Shown here: one piece after another, positions 38,329-51,549 of the stretch
Numbering within the stretch: position 1 is the first letter of the stretch
Layout of the letters: every line of letters begins with the position of its first letter
Source: Podarcis vaucheri
Taxonomy: Eukaryota
NCBI GenBank assembly: GCA_965113315.1
Contig: OZ220370.1
Reading direction: 5' to 3' (one strand)
Length of the DNA: 64,000 nt
Program-made: the position numbers and the translations under genes
The notes under the pieces: generated by a model
Databases searched by the model: none
What the model was told of the DNA's origin: nothing
Seen by the model: only the letters and a program-made list of their open reading frames with translations

Positions 38329-40703
38329 CTGAAACTGCCAGATAGTAGCTGAAGAGGTGTTTAGTTGATCTTCCTTCCTTCCTTCTTTTTTGTATCAATA
38401 CATTGATGCTGCAGTCCTAGATGTCCTAGACTTACTGAGGTGGCAATCCTAGACTGACATACCTGGGAGTAATCCCCATGAAATCCAGTGGGATTTACTT
38501 CTGAGTAAACATGCCTCAGCCTGCCCTGTACATCCCATAGCAGCTGCCTTCTACCTCGAGAGGCAAGCTGCCATTATCCCCCTTCCTCCCATGGATAGAT
38601 CTGTGCTCATCGCTAGCGAATTATCTCTACTTACTGCTTAATACAATAGTTATCTCTTAGTGCAGCAATCAAGAGGCAAAATGTAATACACACATATAAT
38701 CCCAAAGACCTTTTCGCAATTTGTTTCTCATACAGAATAGCCCATTTTAACGCAGGCCTCCCAAAATGTATTACAGATCTTAGTCGTTTTCTCAGACAGA
38801 ATTCTCACATAAATGTATTTTCACTTCAAACGTTGAAGTTAGAGAGCAAGGGTATAAGATGGTGCTGCTGCAAAGCACTAATACAATTTATTAGACAAAG
38901 CCTATGAGGATGCAATAGCAGGTCTGCTATCAAAAGGGGGGGGGGACCTTCAGGCATTTTACATCCCTTAATCCCAATGACAGCCTGTTTTTGCAGATAC
39001 CCTGCAGTTCATGAATCACTGGCTATAGCATGCAAAATCCCTATTTAGGTAATTACAATACAATACACACATCTGCACATTGGCTAATGTCACAGGAAAA
39101 TATTCCAGGCAATCTTCTCTCTGAAATAATACAGCCACCTCACAGTTTAGCGCAATCTTTTCCATTCCATGATGTTAATGCAGTGGAAAGGTGGGAAAAT
39201 GTCACTTTGCTCACAGGTGTGTCTTTCTGGGCATTGAATAAGACACTTGACACGAGAGTCTGTGAGGTCCATTAATAACGCTGGCAGATTTAAATGAAAG
39301 CTTAGTCCCAAGTCCAGCACCCCCATTGAATCCAGCGTGTCACGACTTCTGAAGCCTACTTTCCTGGTGTGAAAAATTAGAATGCTGTATGAATAAGGCT
39401 GCAATCCTAAACACACTCCCCAGAGTGGAAATCTCATTTAATTCAAAGGGACTTACTTCTAAGTAAATACGCTTAGGATTGTGGTATAAGTGAGGCTATG
39501 TTTGCAAAATGCTCTGCAAACTAAAGTGCAGCGTACTTACATTAATATTAATAGTGGCCTTGTCCCAATTACACAAAATATTAATTCATTAATTTGTTTG
39601 TTCGTTCCATTTTTTACTCTGCCAACATAGCTCCCAAGAGCCCTCAGGGCGGCTTAGGACAAATCAAATCTAAAAACTCTAAAATCCAGTCCTGAAAACA
39701 GGCAAACAACACAAAGGAACCAATAATACAGCGAGCAAAGGACTCTGAGATCAGCATTAAAAGATGGCCCAATCCAGTTCCAAAGCTCACAAGCTAAGAA
39801 CTTAAAATCAAATGTTGCTGCAAATGCAAGTACTACACAGGTGTGGCCAACTTGGTGTCCTCGAGATGCTATTGGACTGCAACTCCTGACACACTGGAGT
39901 TGTAGGCCTTGTGTGACACGTTAGCTACCCCTGCACTTCCGCTTGCTAGTGTTTTCTCCTCATGTTCCAATGGAGGAATGTGAAACCATCAAAACAGCCT
40001 GGTAACATGTCCTTTGTTAGTTTGCTGAAGCACTCTCTTAAAAGTATTTATGGCATCAAGCTCTGGAGAGATAGAAGACCTGGAACAACAACAACACCCT
40101 GATACAGCAAGCAAATAAGGAAACGGATATAAAAACAGAAAATATTTCTTTCTTGATTTCTACCAGCCTTCCAAAATCTGATTTTCTCAAGATGCTTTGG
40201 ACTTTACGATGGCCAGGACTGAAGGGAATTGTAACCTGAAACATCTGGAGGGCACCAGCACGGGGAAAGTTGATTTATTTCAAACAATTCTATTTTGGGT
40301 TGTTATCGTTTCCTTCCCTTCTTTGTGTGATGCAGCTACATCGCCTGAGGGGCAGAGCTCATCGCTGATACTCTCCCAAGGTGAACTAAGAATGCTATAG
40401 CCATCACGGTGATGAAGAGCTCTGTAAAATATAAACAACTGCATTTGCCGACCTCTGTTAATGCCAGCCTCTGGGACAGGGAGTTGCTCGTGCTGTTTGT
40501 GTACGTATTTGGCAGAGATGTATATTTTAATATTCTACAAATGTAGGAATATTGTTGATCGTTCTTTGAAAGGCCAAATTCGAAAATGGGGAAGGGGCCA
40601 TAGGTCGGTGGTAGTGCTTCGCGTGTACCAGAACCCCATCTCAATTCCTGATATCTCCAGACAGTAATGGGAAATAATCCCATCTCAAACCCTAGAAAGC
40701 TGT

Positions 40704-41057
40704 AAAAAGGTAAAGGTAAAGGAACCCCTGACCATTAGGTCCAGTCGTGGCCAACTCTGGGGTTGCGGTGCTCATTTCGCTTTATTGGCCGAGGGAGCCA
40801 GCGTTGTCCACAGACAGCTTCCAGGTCATGTGGCCAGCATGACTAAGCCGCTTCTGGAAAACCAGAGCAGCGCACGGAAACGCTGTTCACCTTCCCGCCG
40901 GAGCAGTACCTATTTATTTACTTGCACTTTGATGTGATTTCGAACTGCTAGGTGGGCAGGAGCAGGGACCGAGCAATGGGAGCTCACCCCGTTGTGGGGA
41001 TTTGAACCGCCAACCTTCTGATCGGCAAGCCCTAGGCTCTGTGGTTTAACCCACAGC
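40704..41057 (-). mobile_element. Sauria SINE, near full length
   Basis: (AAAGGT)n, the reverse of the ACCTTT tail; gtcatgtggccagcatgac core; tRNA-like head at the right end. Confidence 0.92.
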
Positions 41058-41070
41058 TGTTGCTTGTCAG

Positions 41071-41443
41071 CAGACCCCCCAAGTGTGCCTATTTTCCAGG
41101 GACAGTCGTGGATTAAAGATGCCATCCTGGTTTCTGATTTGATCCCAGAATGTCTTCCTTTTCCTTAGAATGTTGCTATTTTCATCGGACAAATGTTGGA
41201 GAGTATGGAGTATTGCGACCCCTGAGCCAAGGAGATAAGTTACGATACAACCTTTAGAAGACATCTGAAGGCAGCCCTGTATATGGAAGTTTTTTAATGT
41301 TCAATATTTTATTGTGTTTTTATATATGTTGCAAGCTGGGGCAACCCAGTCAGATGGATATAAATAATAAAATTATTATCATTATTAATACTATTATGGA
41401 ATAGGACGTCCTAATTTTCGGAGGAGAAATGTTGGAGGATATG
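41071..41443. mobile_element. Composite DNA-transposon-like element containing an L2 3' fragment
   Basis: Left end cagaccccccaagtgt..cctattttccagggacagtc; right-end motif aaatgttggag(a/g)(g/a)tatg present twice, flanking an L2 tail; same arrangement at 48831-49175. Confidence 0.65.
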
Positions 41444-41734
41444 AGGTAATGCTGAGGTAGATGAGCCAATGGTCTGACTTGCTATGAGGCTGCTTCCTAC
41501 AGACACTTAAATCCTAATTCTCCCATCATGACAGCCTGTGAAACTAAAGAAAAGACAGGTTCTGTTTCGTTTCTTGACCCTTAGGGAATGGCCTAGGTAG
41601 CTCAAGCCCTGGGTCTTTTGCATTGGACCCTAGATCTCCTTCCCCAGTTTTTAACCTCAATTTTTTAATGTGGTTTACGAGGTGACTTGGTGCAGTGCAG
41701 ATGAGACCCCAGCCACATGCCATCTTGGAGCACA

Positions 41735-42063
41735 TCTGTACCATACATTTAAAACATTGTAATACTACTTTAAGGTTCATGACTTCCCCCAAAGAATCCT
41801 AGAAACTGTAGTTCACTAAGGGTGCTGAGAGCTGTTAGGAGACCCCTGTTCCTCCTACAGAGGTACAGTTCCAAGAGTGGTTTAACAAACGATCCACAGT
41901 CCCAAGAAACTCTAGGAACTGTAGTGCTATAAAGGGAATTGGGGGTCTCCTAACAACTCCCAGCAGCTTTAACAAACCACAGTTCCCAGTATTTTTTTTT
42001 CCTGGGAAGCCATGACTGTTAAAGTGGTATAATCACGCTGTAATGTCTGGTGTGGATGTGGCC
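41735..42063. mobile_element. Palindromic MITE (actacag/ctgtagt family)
   Basis: Internal inverted repeats gaaactgtagtt..taagggtgctgagagctgttaggagacccc / ggggtctcctaacaactcccagcagctttaacaaaccacagttccc; relatives at 44636-44790 and 53610-54045. Confidence 0.65.
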
Positions 42064-43229
42064 TTTACTCAGAGGCAAATTTGTGCCATGGGCCCTAGGC
42101 TGTGCTTCAGGGCTTTCTTAAAGTTCCTAGCAATGACCTACTTGCCCCTGATCCTCTACTGTCCTCTTACTTGTCCTACAACACAACACTCCCTTTGGCT
42201 TGGCGTCTTTTGAAAATGGTAGCTTTTGCACAGGGCAATGTAATTCCAGGTACTTTTCCAACAGTAACGAAGATTTCTGAGGAGAAACAAACCATTCCTC
42301 TTCCATGAGTTCTGCTACTTTATAATTTAATTCCGCAAGTGTAGTCATTTTTATCCTGCCTATCTGCTTCAGTCATCCATTTTGCTAGCTCAGCCTTCTG
42401 GTGGCCCTAATGAGCTCTCTGTCGCATTCACGTAACACAAATGAAATTAGCGATGGCCTTACTTGGCAGTCCCTCTGGGAATGAATTGTCCTTCCCCAAA
42501 GAAGTAAAAGTCAGTTAAAATCACCTTGAGCGGTACTTGTTAGATTTTTATCAATGTGCTACTGACGCTTACACAATGGCAGTTAAATCGCTGCCATCTA
42601 GGAACTCTCCTCGGGCACCTCACTGTTCTATCATGGCAGGCAAAAATATATCCAGATAAATATCTTGGTTAAGCGAGGCATTTGTCATAGGGACGCTATG
42701 AAAAGGTCCTGTTCTGGTTTAAGTCATGAGCTCCAAACCTGCTAGCTTAGCTTAAACTCCTTTCACCAAAAGCTGGATCCTTTGAACACTCTTCAGCCAT
42801 GGTTTCCAAACATTTAATTTAAGAGAACAGTTGGTGGGAAGTTAGATCCATGTCTGACCTCTCAAGTCCACCATGTGATTCAGCGCTGGTTCCAAGTGTC
42901 CTGACTTTGCAGGGATAGTCCCAGAATTATGAAAGCCACCCTGGCTTCTGATTTGATCCTGGAATGTCCCTATTTCCCACACCACTGCTGCCACCAATGA
43001 GCTCAGGGAGGATGAGGAGCTGGCAGCCATGGTGGCGACAGTAGCAAGGGAGCATCCCATTGCCTCTCCGTGGCCTCTGTTGCTGGCCTCTTCCCTGGGG
43101 CAGCTTGTAGTGGCTGCTCGAGAGCAAGCAAGGAGGAGGAGAGGCTGCCGCTGCCGAGGTCCAACCCTGTGTTACACACTGACTCTGAGAGGCAGGCTGT
43201 GGGCAGGTTTACCCTGGGCGGGAAGAAAG

Positions 43230-43636
43230 TGTTAGGATATTGATGTTCTGTTCCGCCTTAAGAGGAACAGATATGTGGAGTTGTTGTATGTCCCATGTCT
43301 GTTTACTTCCAGCACAGTCTGCTGGGAACTTCCGTTGTATATTGCTTTTGCTATACGGCGCTTTGCTTGGACGTGAAGGGAAGCAGACATGTTTTTCCTT
43401 TGTTCTGCTGCTGAATAAATGCTGTCAATATGCTTACATATGCCTCTGTCCACTACTTCCGTTGCAAAGAGTTCTTATCTCTGCTGGATTGCGTGTTCAG
43501 TCTCTAAAGGTTTCTGAGGCTTGGGTCGCAGTTTTGATGCTATTCCGAGAACCGGAGATCGCCCGGCTGTCGGCCGGTGGCTGGAGCCAGCTGGAGGCCT
43601 GCCAAATGCCCCCGTCTCCCTGGCAGCATCCCAACA
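43230..43636 (+). mobile_element. Solo LTR
   Basis: tgttaggat...atcccaaca inverted termini, AATAAA at 43414-43419, TSD gaaag/gaaaa (4/5). Confidence 0.75.
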
Positions 43637-44371
43637 GAAAAGAGTAGACTGGAGTCAGGGGGGCAGGTTGATCCATCCACAGAGGTGCCGCGGCAATCTG
43701 CCCAGGGGGGCAGCACGGCGAGCTGCCCACAGAGTCCACCTGGCGGACGTAAGCCCCACACTGCTGTTTTGGGCAGCGTAGGGCCCCGAGCCACGGCGTC
43801 ACTCCCAGGAGAGATGCATGACTTGGGCGCATTGCAGGCCAGGCCCCGCGGTAAGTGCTGCCTCCTGCCGTGTCCCATTTTGTCACCCCCCTCAGGGATG
43901 ACACCCAGGGCAGACCGCATCCCCACCCCCCTTCCTATGCCCCTGAACGGAGCACAAGGAGTCTTGATGGGGGGGGGGTGACACATTGTGTGTCTGCATC
44001 TAATCTTGCTCCTTTCTAAAATTTATTGGCATGCGTTTTTCTTTCTGTAAATCTACCCAAGAATAAAACAAAATCAGGATTAAAGGGTTTTCTCAGGACA
44101 GTGGAAAGTGTGTGTGATGGGTCCTGTTAGTGTATTGATGGCGGCACTCACCCTTCTTCAGACAGGAAATGTTTGGGGGGGTGTCAAAAAAGGGGGCTTG
44201 AGGAATGTCAATTGGGGGGAGTGAGAAATGTCCCTATTTTCATCTGGGGTATGTTGGAGGGTATGGGTTTTAGGGGCCTCTTGGGCAAATCACTTTCCAG
44301 CGTGCTTCTCCTGCCCTCACTACTGCCATTTTGTCTGTGTCTTTGCTCTCTTTCTAGGTTTAATATACATA

Positions 44372-44375
<4 letters not shown>

Positions 44376-44413
<38 letters not shown>
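44376..44413. repeat. (AG)n microsatellite
   Basis: Direct. Confidence 0.95.
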
Positions 44414-44418
<5 letters not shown>

Positions 44419-44803
44419 GCAAAGGCAGCAGTCGCTCCTCCTTCTTTGCTTCTTACTGCTCTCACTGCTTAGTCACTCAGAGGGGGAAAATAAACAGACA
44501 ATCCATTGCAAATATTAACTTCTGAGGAAGGATTTCCTTAAGACTGCGGCAGGGAGGAAAGGGTTAAATTCCTTTCTTCATGCCTTCTCTGATCCTGCAT
44601 GTGTGCAAACACCCCACAAGCTGATGCTGGCTGTATACACACCATACATTCAAAGCGCATCCTCCCCTAGGGATCTTGGGAACTATAGTGTGCCCCTCAA
44701 GGCTCTACAATTCAGTTCACAGCACCCTTGACAAACTACAGTTCTTGCAATTCTTTTGAGGGAAGTGCTTTAAATGCATGTTGTGTTTGCAGCGGCTATT
44801 TTC

Positions 44804-44808
<5 letters not shown>

Positions 44809-44852
<44 letters not shown>
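44809..44852. repeat. (AC)n microsatellite
   Basis: Direct. Confidence 0.95.
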
Positions 44853-44857
<5 letters not shown>

Positions 44858-47800
44858 ATATCAAGAACCAGCACATTAGGTGCAAAGGCAGATTTAAGAG
44901 CAAGTTTACTTTGGCCCTCAATGTTTTCTGCTGGAACTCGCCATTGACAGGACACCTGGACTCTGTGGAGGCAGGAAGGAAATGCGTTAACCTCCATTTC
45001 GCCCTCCCAGAAGTCAGCAGATTCCACCAGCTATTTTGCCAGGACCACATAGTGGAACAGGCAGCTTTGGCCTATTGTGATATGTTAAGTGATTTCACAA
45101 AATGAGGCAGGGAGGTAAATCAAAGAAGGGCTTAGCAGAACTGTGGAGCCGAGGGACAAAAAAAGAAGAAGCCTTCGCACAGTTGTCAGTAGAAAAGGAG
45201 GGTGACACTCTTACAGAGCTTGAGGAGGTCAATAAATCACCACCCTTATCTTGCAAACAGAGCCTGTGACTTCAAAAATTAGCTCATTTATTCTGCACAA
45301 TTAAATTTATTGAAGTGTGACAGAAAAAGTTTAACAAGCACTGGAGCAGAAAGTCAGCAACAACGGAGGCAAGCATCTGAGTGAAAGGCACAATTAGTTG
45401 ATTTTCATTTTATTTATCAATATAATTATTGAATTGTATTTATCCTATTCCACAGATTTTTACTATTATTGCTGGCTGGGCTCACGGGAAATGAATTAGT
45501 CCATTTAAAAAAAGAAGAAGAACCCAAACTTAATGTGATTATAGGTTAATAAAAGAAAACTTTGCTAAAATACAACACAATCTTGCATTCAATGTGGCCA
45601 CATCAACTGGCTGAGAAATCAAGCCGTCTGCTATGTGAAAGAATAAAATTGAATATAAACTGTGAACACAATTAATTTCCTAGAAGGGGACTTAGCTTGA
45701 GCCAAGTAGATGCCAACCCTATGTTCAAAAGTTAGGAATATATTTGGAGAGTTGAAGTAGCACAGTACAAATTGTTGTAGACACATAATGCCTTTTATTT
45801 ACCACATGGGAGTATATTATGATGCAATACTGCTGACATCCCATTTTGTTTCTTTATAGCGTTTACTCCACTTTTTGGTATGGTACATATTATTGTGACT
45901 TCTTGCCACTGCTGGGTATTATGGATAGAGGAAGTCTGAAAAAGCTATAGACAATGCCTTCCCTGCCACCATTGGATTTTTGTTTTCTGTGCTTGAAATG
46001 AACAGATGAAGACCCTCTAAATTCACCTTGCATTAGGTGAAATCCGGTGTCAACTGTTAGAAGTGATTGAGGCCTGCAGATGAATTTTGTTAACTTCATG
46101 CAAAATGTTTTGGTTCCCCTTGTAATTCCTACAGATGTTTTCAGGCATCATCACCCAAATTTGCTTTTGAACAGACAGCATGGTGGGCCACCACTGTTCA
46201 CCTGACCTCTGGTCAGTCACATTGCTGCTGCTCACCAGGAGGCAGAGAGGGAGGGGAGAGGAAACAGCGAGAGTGGTGCAGTGCAAATGCACCAGCAGGA
46301 GCACTGGACTGGCTCTGCCAGTGAGTTTGCACCACAAAGACCTCACTGTCTCCTCACCTCTCCCCATCTATCTCCCAGTAAGCAGCAGTGACTGGAGGTC
46401 AGGTGAGGAGCAGTTTCTCCTATGCCATCCACTGCTGCTTTTGATGAAATGTGGTAACAACTTTAATTTGGAGGAATATCTTAGTGTATGTCAAGACTGA
46501 CATGACATCTGCTACAGAAAAGCGAATGAGAATGGGGTGCAGTTTTGCTACATATTCTTCTGTGATTCCTTCCTGTTTGCTACTCCACTTCTAGATCTTG
46601 TCATGAAGACACTTTTACATCATTAGTAAGGCACAAATCTTGTACCAGTCCACATGGACAATATTCAGGAGAAGGGCTTCTTCCTGCCAATTGTATCTTT
46701 CTTACTTTTTATTTATTTTAAGACTCTGATGGCACTCAAGGCCCCCCGCCCGGTGTGGCCTGCCCCGCCCCTAGCAACGCTACTGGGTATTTCTTATTTT
46801 TTTTGGTACTGCCTGAGTTTTTCCTCTGTATCCTGACATATTCATGTGCTTTGCACAGTGCAATGGATTTATTGGGAAATGCCTATATGAGTACAGTTAA
46901 GATACCTTTACCATTCCTTAAAGGGAAGACATTGATAAAGTTGCAAGCCTACAATGGCAGGCGGAACATTCATGGATATATGGGAAATGTATAAATATCA
47001 GTAACGTGACAATGATGGGCAAAGCAGAAATTATTTCTCACCAGTTTTGGAGTAAGCTCCATTGAACACAAAACATAATTCCAAGTAAAAAGTGTTGGGT
47101 CAAGTCTTCAAGGTCGTTTCCTCAGTTGAGTAGCCACAGCTACCTGCTTTCTGGACTTTCTATGGAAAGGGGACAAGTGGGTGGGGCAAAAATGATTCTC
47201 CCTCCAGCTGCCCATCACATGTTTCATCCGGTGAAGCGCTGAAGTTTGGGCATTCGAAGATTGCGGAGTTTTATCTTCTAGGTCAAGAGTAAGCAACCTT
47301 GTGAATTGGAGATTTTTCATCCCTACCGTGGAACTTTACCTCCCAAGTGACCGGCATTCAGTCTGGGGCATTGAGGCATTCTGAACTATGACCCACCCCG
47401 GTGACCCCTAAAAATTATAAAGAAGGGGGAAATGGCTTTGTTCACCAGCACTGGCAGAATCTGAAAAGAATTCAAAGACTGAAAAGCTGCCCATTAAGGG
47501 CTGTGGGTGGGTGCAGCGGCGGCTGTGGTGGGAGAGGGCAGATATATTGAAATTATCATTCATTATTTTCTAAAACTGACTTTAGCCAATGCCTGTCTAT
47601 GTAGGCACACCCAGCCTGCAGTCTGATACCCACTTACCTGAGAATAAACACCATTGAACTTAGTGGAGCTTATTTCTGAGTAGATGTGCATAGGATTGCA
47701 CTGACAACCACATTCCCCTTTGGTACAGGTTAATGTTCTAAATGAATATTAAGGTATGTTTCTTGTCTTAAAATAGGAGAGCCCAGCTGAGCTGGGATGT

Positions 47801-48033
47801 ATCTCCAGCTCTACTGGGGCATGGCTCTTATGCTGGTACAGTTGTATCTGAGATGCAGCTCAGTCAGAAAAGGCAAAGATGTGCCAAACCAAACTCTCTC
47901 ATACCAGGAATGAAAATTTTCAAAGTAAGTTTTTAAAACAATCCACTCATTTCATAGATTTTAAACAGGGCCATAGAAAGCTGCCTTTTCTGGAGTCAGA
48001 TCATTGTCCATTCTAGCTCAGCATTGTCTACAC

Positions 48034-48169
48034 CAGGGATTCCCAAACTTGGGTCTCCAGCTGTCTTGGGACTACAACTCCCATCATCCCTAGCTGAAAG
48101 GACCAGTGGTCAGGGATGATAGGAACTGTAGTCCAAAAACAGCTGGAGACCCAAGTTTGGGAAACCCTG
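48034..48169. mobile_element. Short palindromic hAT MITE
   Basis: TIR cagggattcccaaacttgggtctccagctg / cagctggagacccaagtttgggaaaccctg; TSD gtctacac/gtctacat; inserted in a CR1-tailed SINE. Confidence 0.9.
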
Positions 48170-48830
48170 GTCTACATTGGCTGAGGTCACATCCAGCTTT
48201 ATGTAGCTAGAGCTTTAACTCTGAACTTAAAACAGCACCCCCCCCATATAAAATAAAAACTCTACAGTGCTTTCAAGTGCTTCAAACCCTTCACATGTGT
48301 TTTCTAGTTGTAATCCTTACAACAGCTTTGTAGGTTAAGCACTATCCCCCAACCCATTGCAAATGGGGGACTGAGACCAAGAAGAGAATCGCATACCTAG
48401 GGAGTTGACACCAGAGGCAATATTGAAACCTACTCTCTTTCTAAGCCACTGCTCTTCCAGGATCAAATCACTGCTCTTCTCCACCGCTCATAAACAGTGC
48501 ACAACATTTCACATTCATTTGTGCAGGTCCAGAAAATTAGGCCGAGAAGCTGGCAGAAGTGCCTGACTTTTCCAAAGACTGTCTCTCAGCTTGCAACTAG
48601 GTCGCTTTGTCCTGCATTTTCATTTCACAAAATTTAATTTCTGCACCACAAGGGAAGTGTACCATTTTTTTAACCTTCAGGTGAAAGAACAGATATTTAT
48701 CTCCAGAGTTTTATAAAACTGGTGAGAATTTGCCAGCACTTCTACGCTTACAGTAAATATTAAGCAAATTAAGAACTTGTTCAAAATGATGCACAGTGAT
48801 ATGTAGGTTCTAACAGGAACAAGAATATAT

Positions 48831-48994
48831 TCCCAGTACTTTCCTTAGAATGTCTCTATTTTCATTAGAGAAATGTTGGCTAGTATGGAGTTATGCGACC
48901 CCCCAAGCCAAGGAGATAAGTATCTATACAACCTTTAGAAAACACCTGAAGGCAGCCCTGTATAAGGAGGTTTTTTAATGTTTAATGTTTTTTA

Positions 48995-49047
<53 letters not shown>

Positions 49048-49175
49048 GTTGGAAGCTGCCCAGAGTGGCTGGAGCAACCCAGTCAGATGGGTGGGGTATA
49101 AATCGTGTTATTGTTATGATGATGATTATCATTTAGGGTTTCCCTATTTCCATCAGATAAATGTTGGAGGGTATG
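48831..49175. mobile_element. Second copy (left-truncated) of the composite element with an L2 fragment
   Basis: Colinear with about 41143-41443; extra (ATT)n at 48998-49045. Confidence 0.65.
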
Positions 49176-51222
49176 ATCTTGGTGAATGGCGACTAATGAG
49201 ACATAACCTTCCTTCCATCAGGGACACCAACTAAAGGGGGCTCTGGGTGCCTGAGCACCCACAAAACTTTGTTGGGGTGTTCAGTATTCACACTGCAGGG
49301 CCCCCACGCAACTTCTGAGGCCTCATGAGACCTTGGAGAGGCTGCCCAAAGCCTTATGAGATCTCAGAACCTGACTTCCGGTGGCACTGGAAGTCAGGTT
49401 CCGAGGCCAGGCTGTGAGTGTCATGACGGGACATTGCAACGTGACATCATGGCATAATGCCCACTGGGCACCCATAACCTGGGGCCCAAGTTGGCTTCCC
49501 TGCCTTCCAGAATGAATGTGGCCCTTCAGGACTCTCCGGCCCTTAGCACTCTTCCCAAGCTACACCCACCCACTGACTTTGCTTCATGCCAGTGATCTTC
49601 TTGCCTGGCTATAATGGTCTTTGAGTTCTGATAATGCCTCTTGCTTGTTTGGAGGATAGAGAGAGGTATGTGAAGAAGAGACCATTTGCAGTAGTTGGTT
49701 TCACCTGCTTTTGCCTCTGATCTTGCCCACCACCAGAATGTGGTGGCTGCCCAGAAGAGAAAGAGATTCCCCCTACCCCCAGCTGTAAATGGTAATACCA
49801 GCCCTTTGAATTAGGCTTGGGCATAGCCACAGCTGGGGCATTCATGCCAAATAGGGAGCAATGTCCTCTCTGGCGTGCTGTTTTCAGAAGATGGATGAGC
49901 TGCAACGTTTTGCACCAGTTGCAACTTTCAAGCTGTCTTCAAAGGCAGCCCCCACATCTGCGTTATAGTAATCCATCTTGACAGTGCAAAAGAGTGAATT
50001 AGATAACTTCTAACTTTTGAAGTTCCACCCACCTCCAAGATATTCTGCCTAATTCTTTTTAGACCAACAGTGCACATATCAAGTAGGCAGCAACCCTCCA
50101 TTTGCAAGGGCAAGACTTGCTGTATATTATTTGACAGGCTTTCAGCTATAATTTTTCTGATTCTTTGACACAGGTCAGATGGTGATTTTTCAAAAAGCAA
50201 TATTAATGCTTCATCAGGGTTTTTTTTTATTGCCATTTGCAGGATAAGAGTAATTGCCGTCCTTAAAATGAAATACATCTCCTTGCTTTCTGCTTGAACA
50301 TGCACTATGGAGAACGCAGACATTTGTTGTATTGACCAGAAAGAAGATAAAAATCAAGCACATACATTTTAAGTGTCTGTACTTTATTTATTTTTTTCTT
50401 TATAAAAGTTTGCTGTTGCCACAGAAGCTAGTTAATTAACAAGGGATGTGTTATTCTCTTCCTGTCTGTTTTTATGTCTGGGTGATGAAAACTACACTAT
50501 ACCAGACCTCATTTCTTGGCTGAGATAAATCTTTGCAATTTCATTATCAACTTTTGAGGCAAGAGTATAGATTCTAAACATTCTATAATTTTCACTGCTT
50601 GTGGAAGGAAGGAGACAGGGAAGGAAGTATTAAAAAACAACCCATCAAGAAGCCTGATAAAAACTCTATGATTTCTCTGAAACAAGAACAGAACACTAAC
50701 AGGAAGTTGCACTCAGAAACAACTAAGTCACCTGCCTCCTAGTGACTAAGCTATGTAATGACACTATCCATGCAGAAAGGAGAGGACATATCTACATGAA
50801 CTTCACAGGATACCAGTTTCCATTCTTTCTTTATTCGCTTCATTGTTTCCCTTTCCTGGAATTGTGATTAGTGACATGACCAGGTAAAGGAATGTTAACT
50901 CCAGATGGTAAAAATGACCCCTTCTGGTCCATAGGCTATCATGCTTACTGACACTCTCAAATAATTCTAAAATATGATTTACTTACCTTTGCAGAACTCA
51001 TGCTAATCTTTACCCCATATAAGTTATTCTTCAATGTCCTCAACATCCACAACTTACAACTTGTTCTGCAAAACATCCTTTGAGAAAAAAGAAGTGAGAA
51101 AAAGAAAAATTCCATCTGATAAATGTTGGTACAGCTTATTTTTAATATTTTTAACAATTGCAGATTGCAAGTACTACCTTAGAAAAGGAAGGCCTCTTCC
51201 AAGAGGAAGCTTGATGTGACAT

Positions 51223-51549
51223 AGGTAAAAGGTAAAGGGACCCCTGACCATTAGGTCCAGTCATGGCCGACTCTGGGGTTGCGGCGCTCATCTTGCTTTA
51301 CTGGCCGAGGGAGCCAGCGTACAGCTTCCGGGTCATGTGGCCAGCATGACTAAGCCTCTTCTGGCGAACCAGAGCAGCGCACGGAAATGCCGTTTACCTT
51401 CCCGCCGGAGTGGTACCTATTTATCTACTTGAACTTTGACATGCTTTCGAACTGCTAGGTGGGCAGGAGCAGGGACTGAGCAATGGGAGCTCACCCCATG
51501 GCGGAGATTCGAATCGCCAGCCTAGGCTCTGTGGTTTAACCCACAGCGC
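51223..51549 (-). mobile_element. Sauria SINE, near full length
   Basis: Homologous to 40704-41057; catagg on both flanks. Confidence 0.92.
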
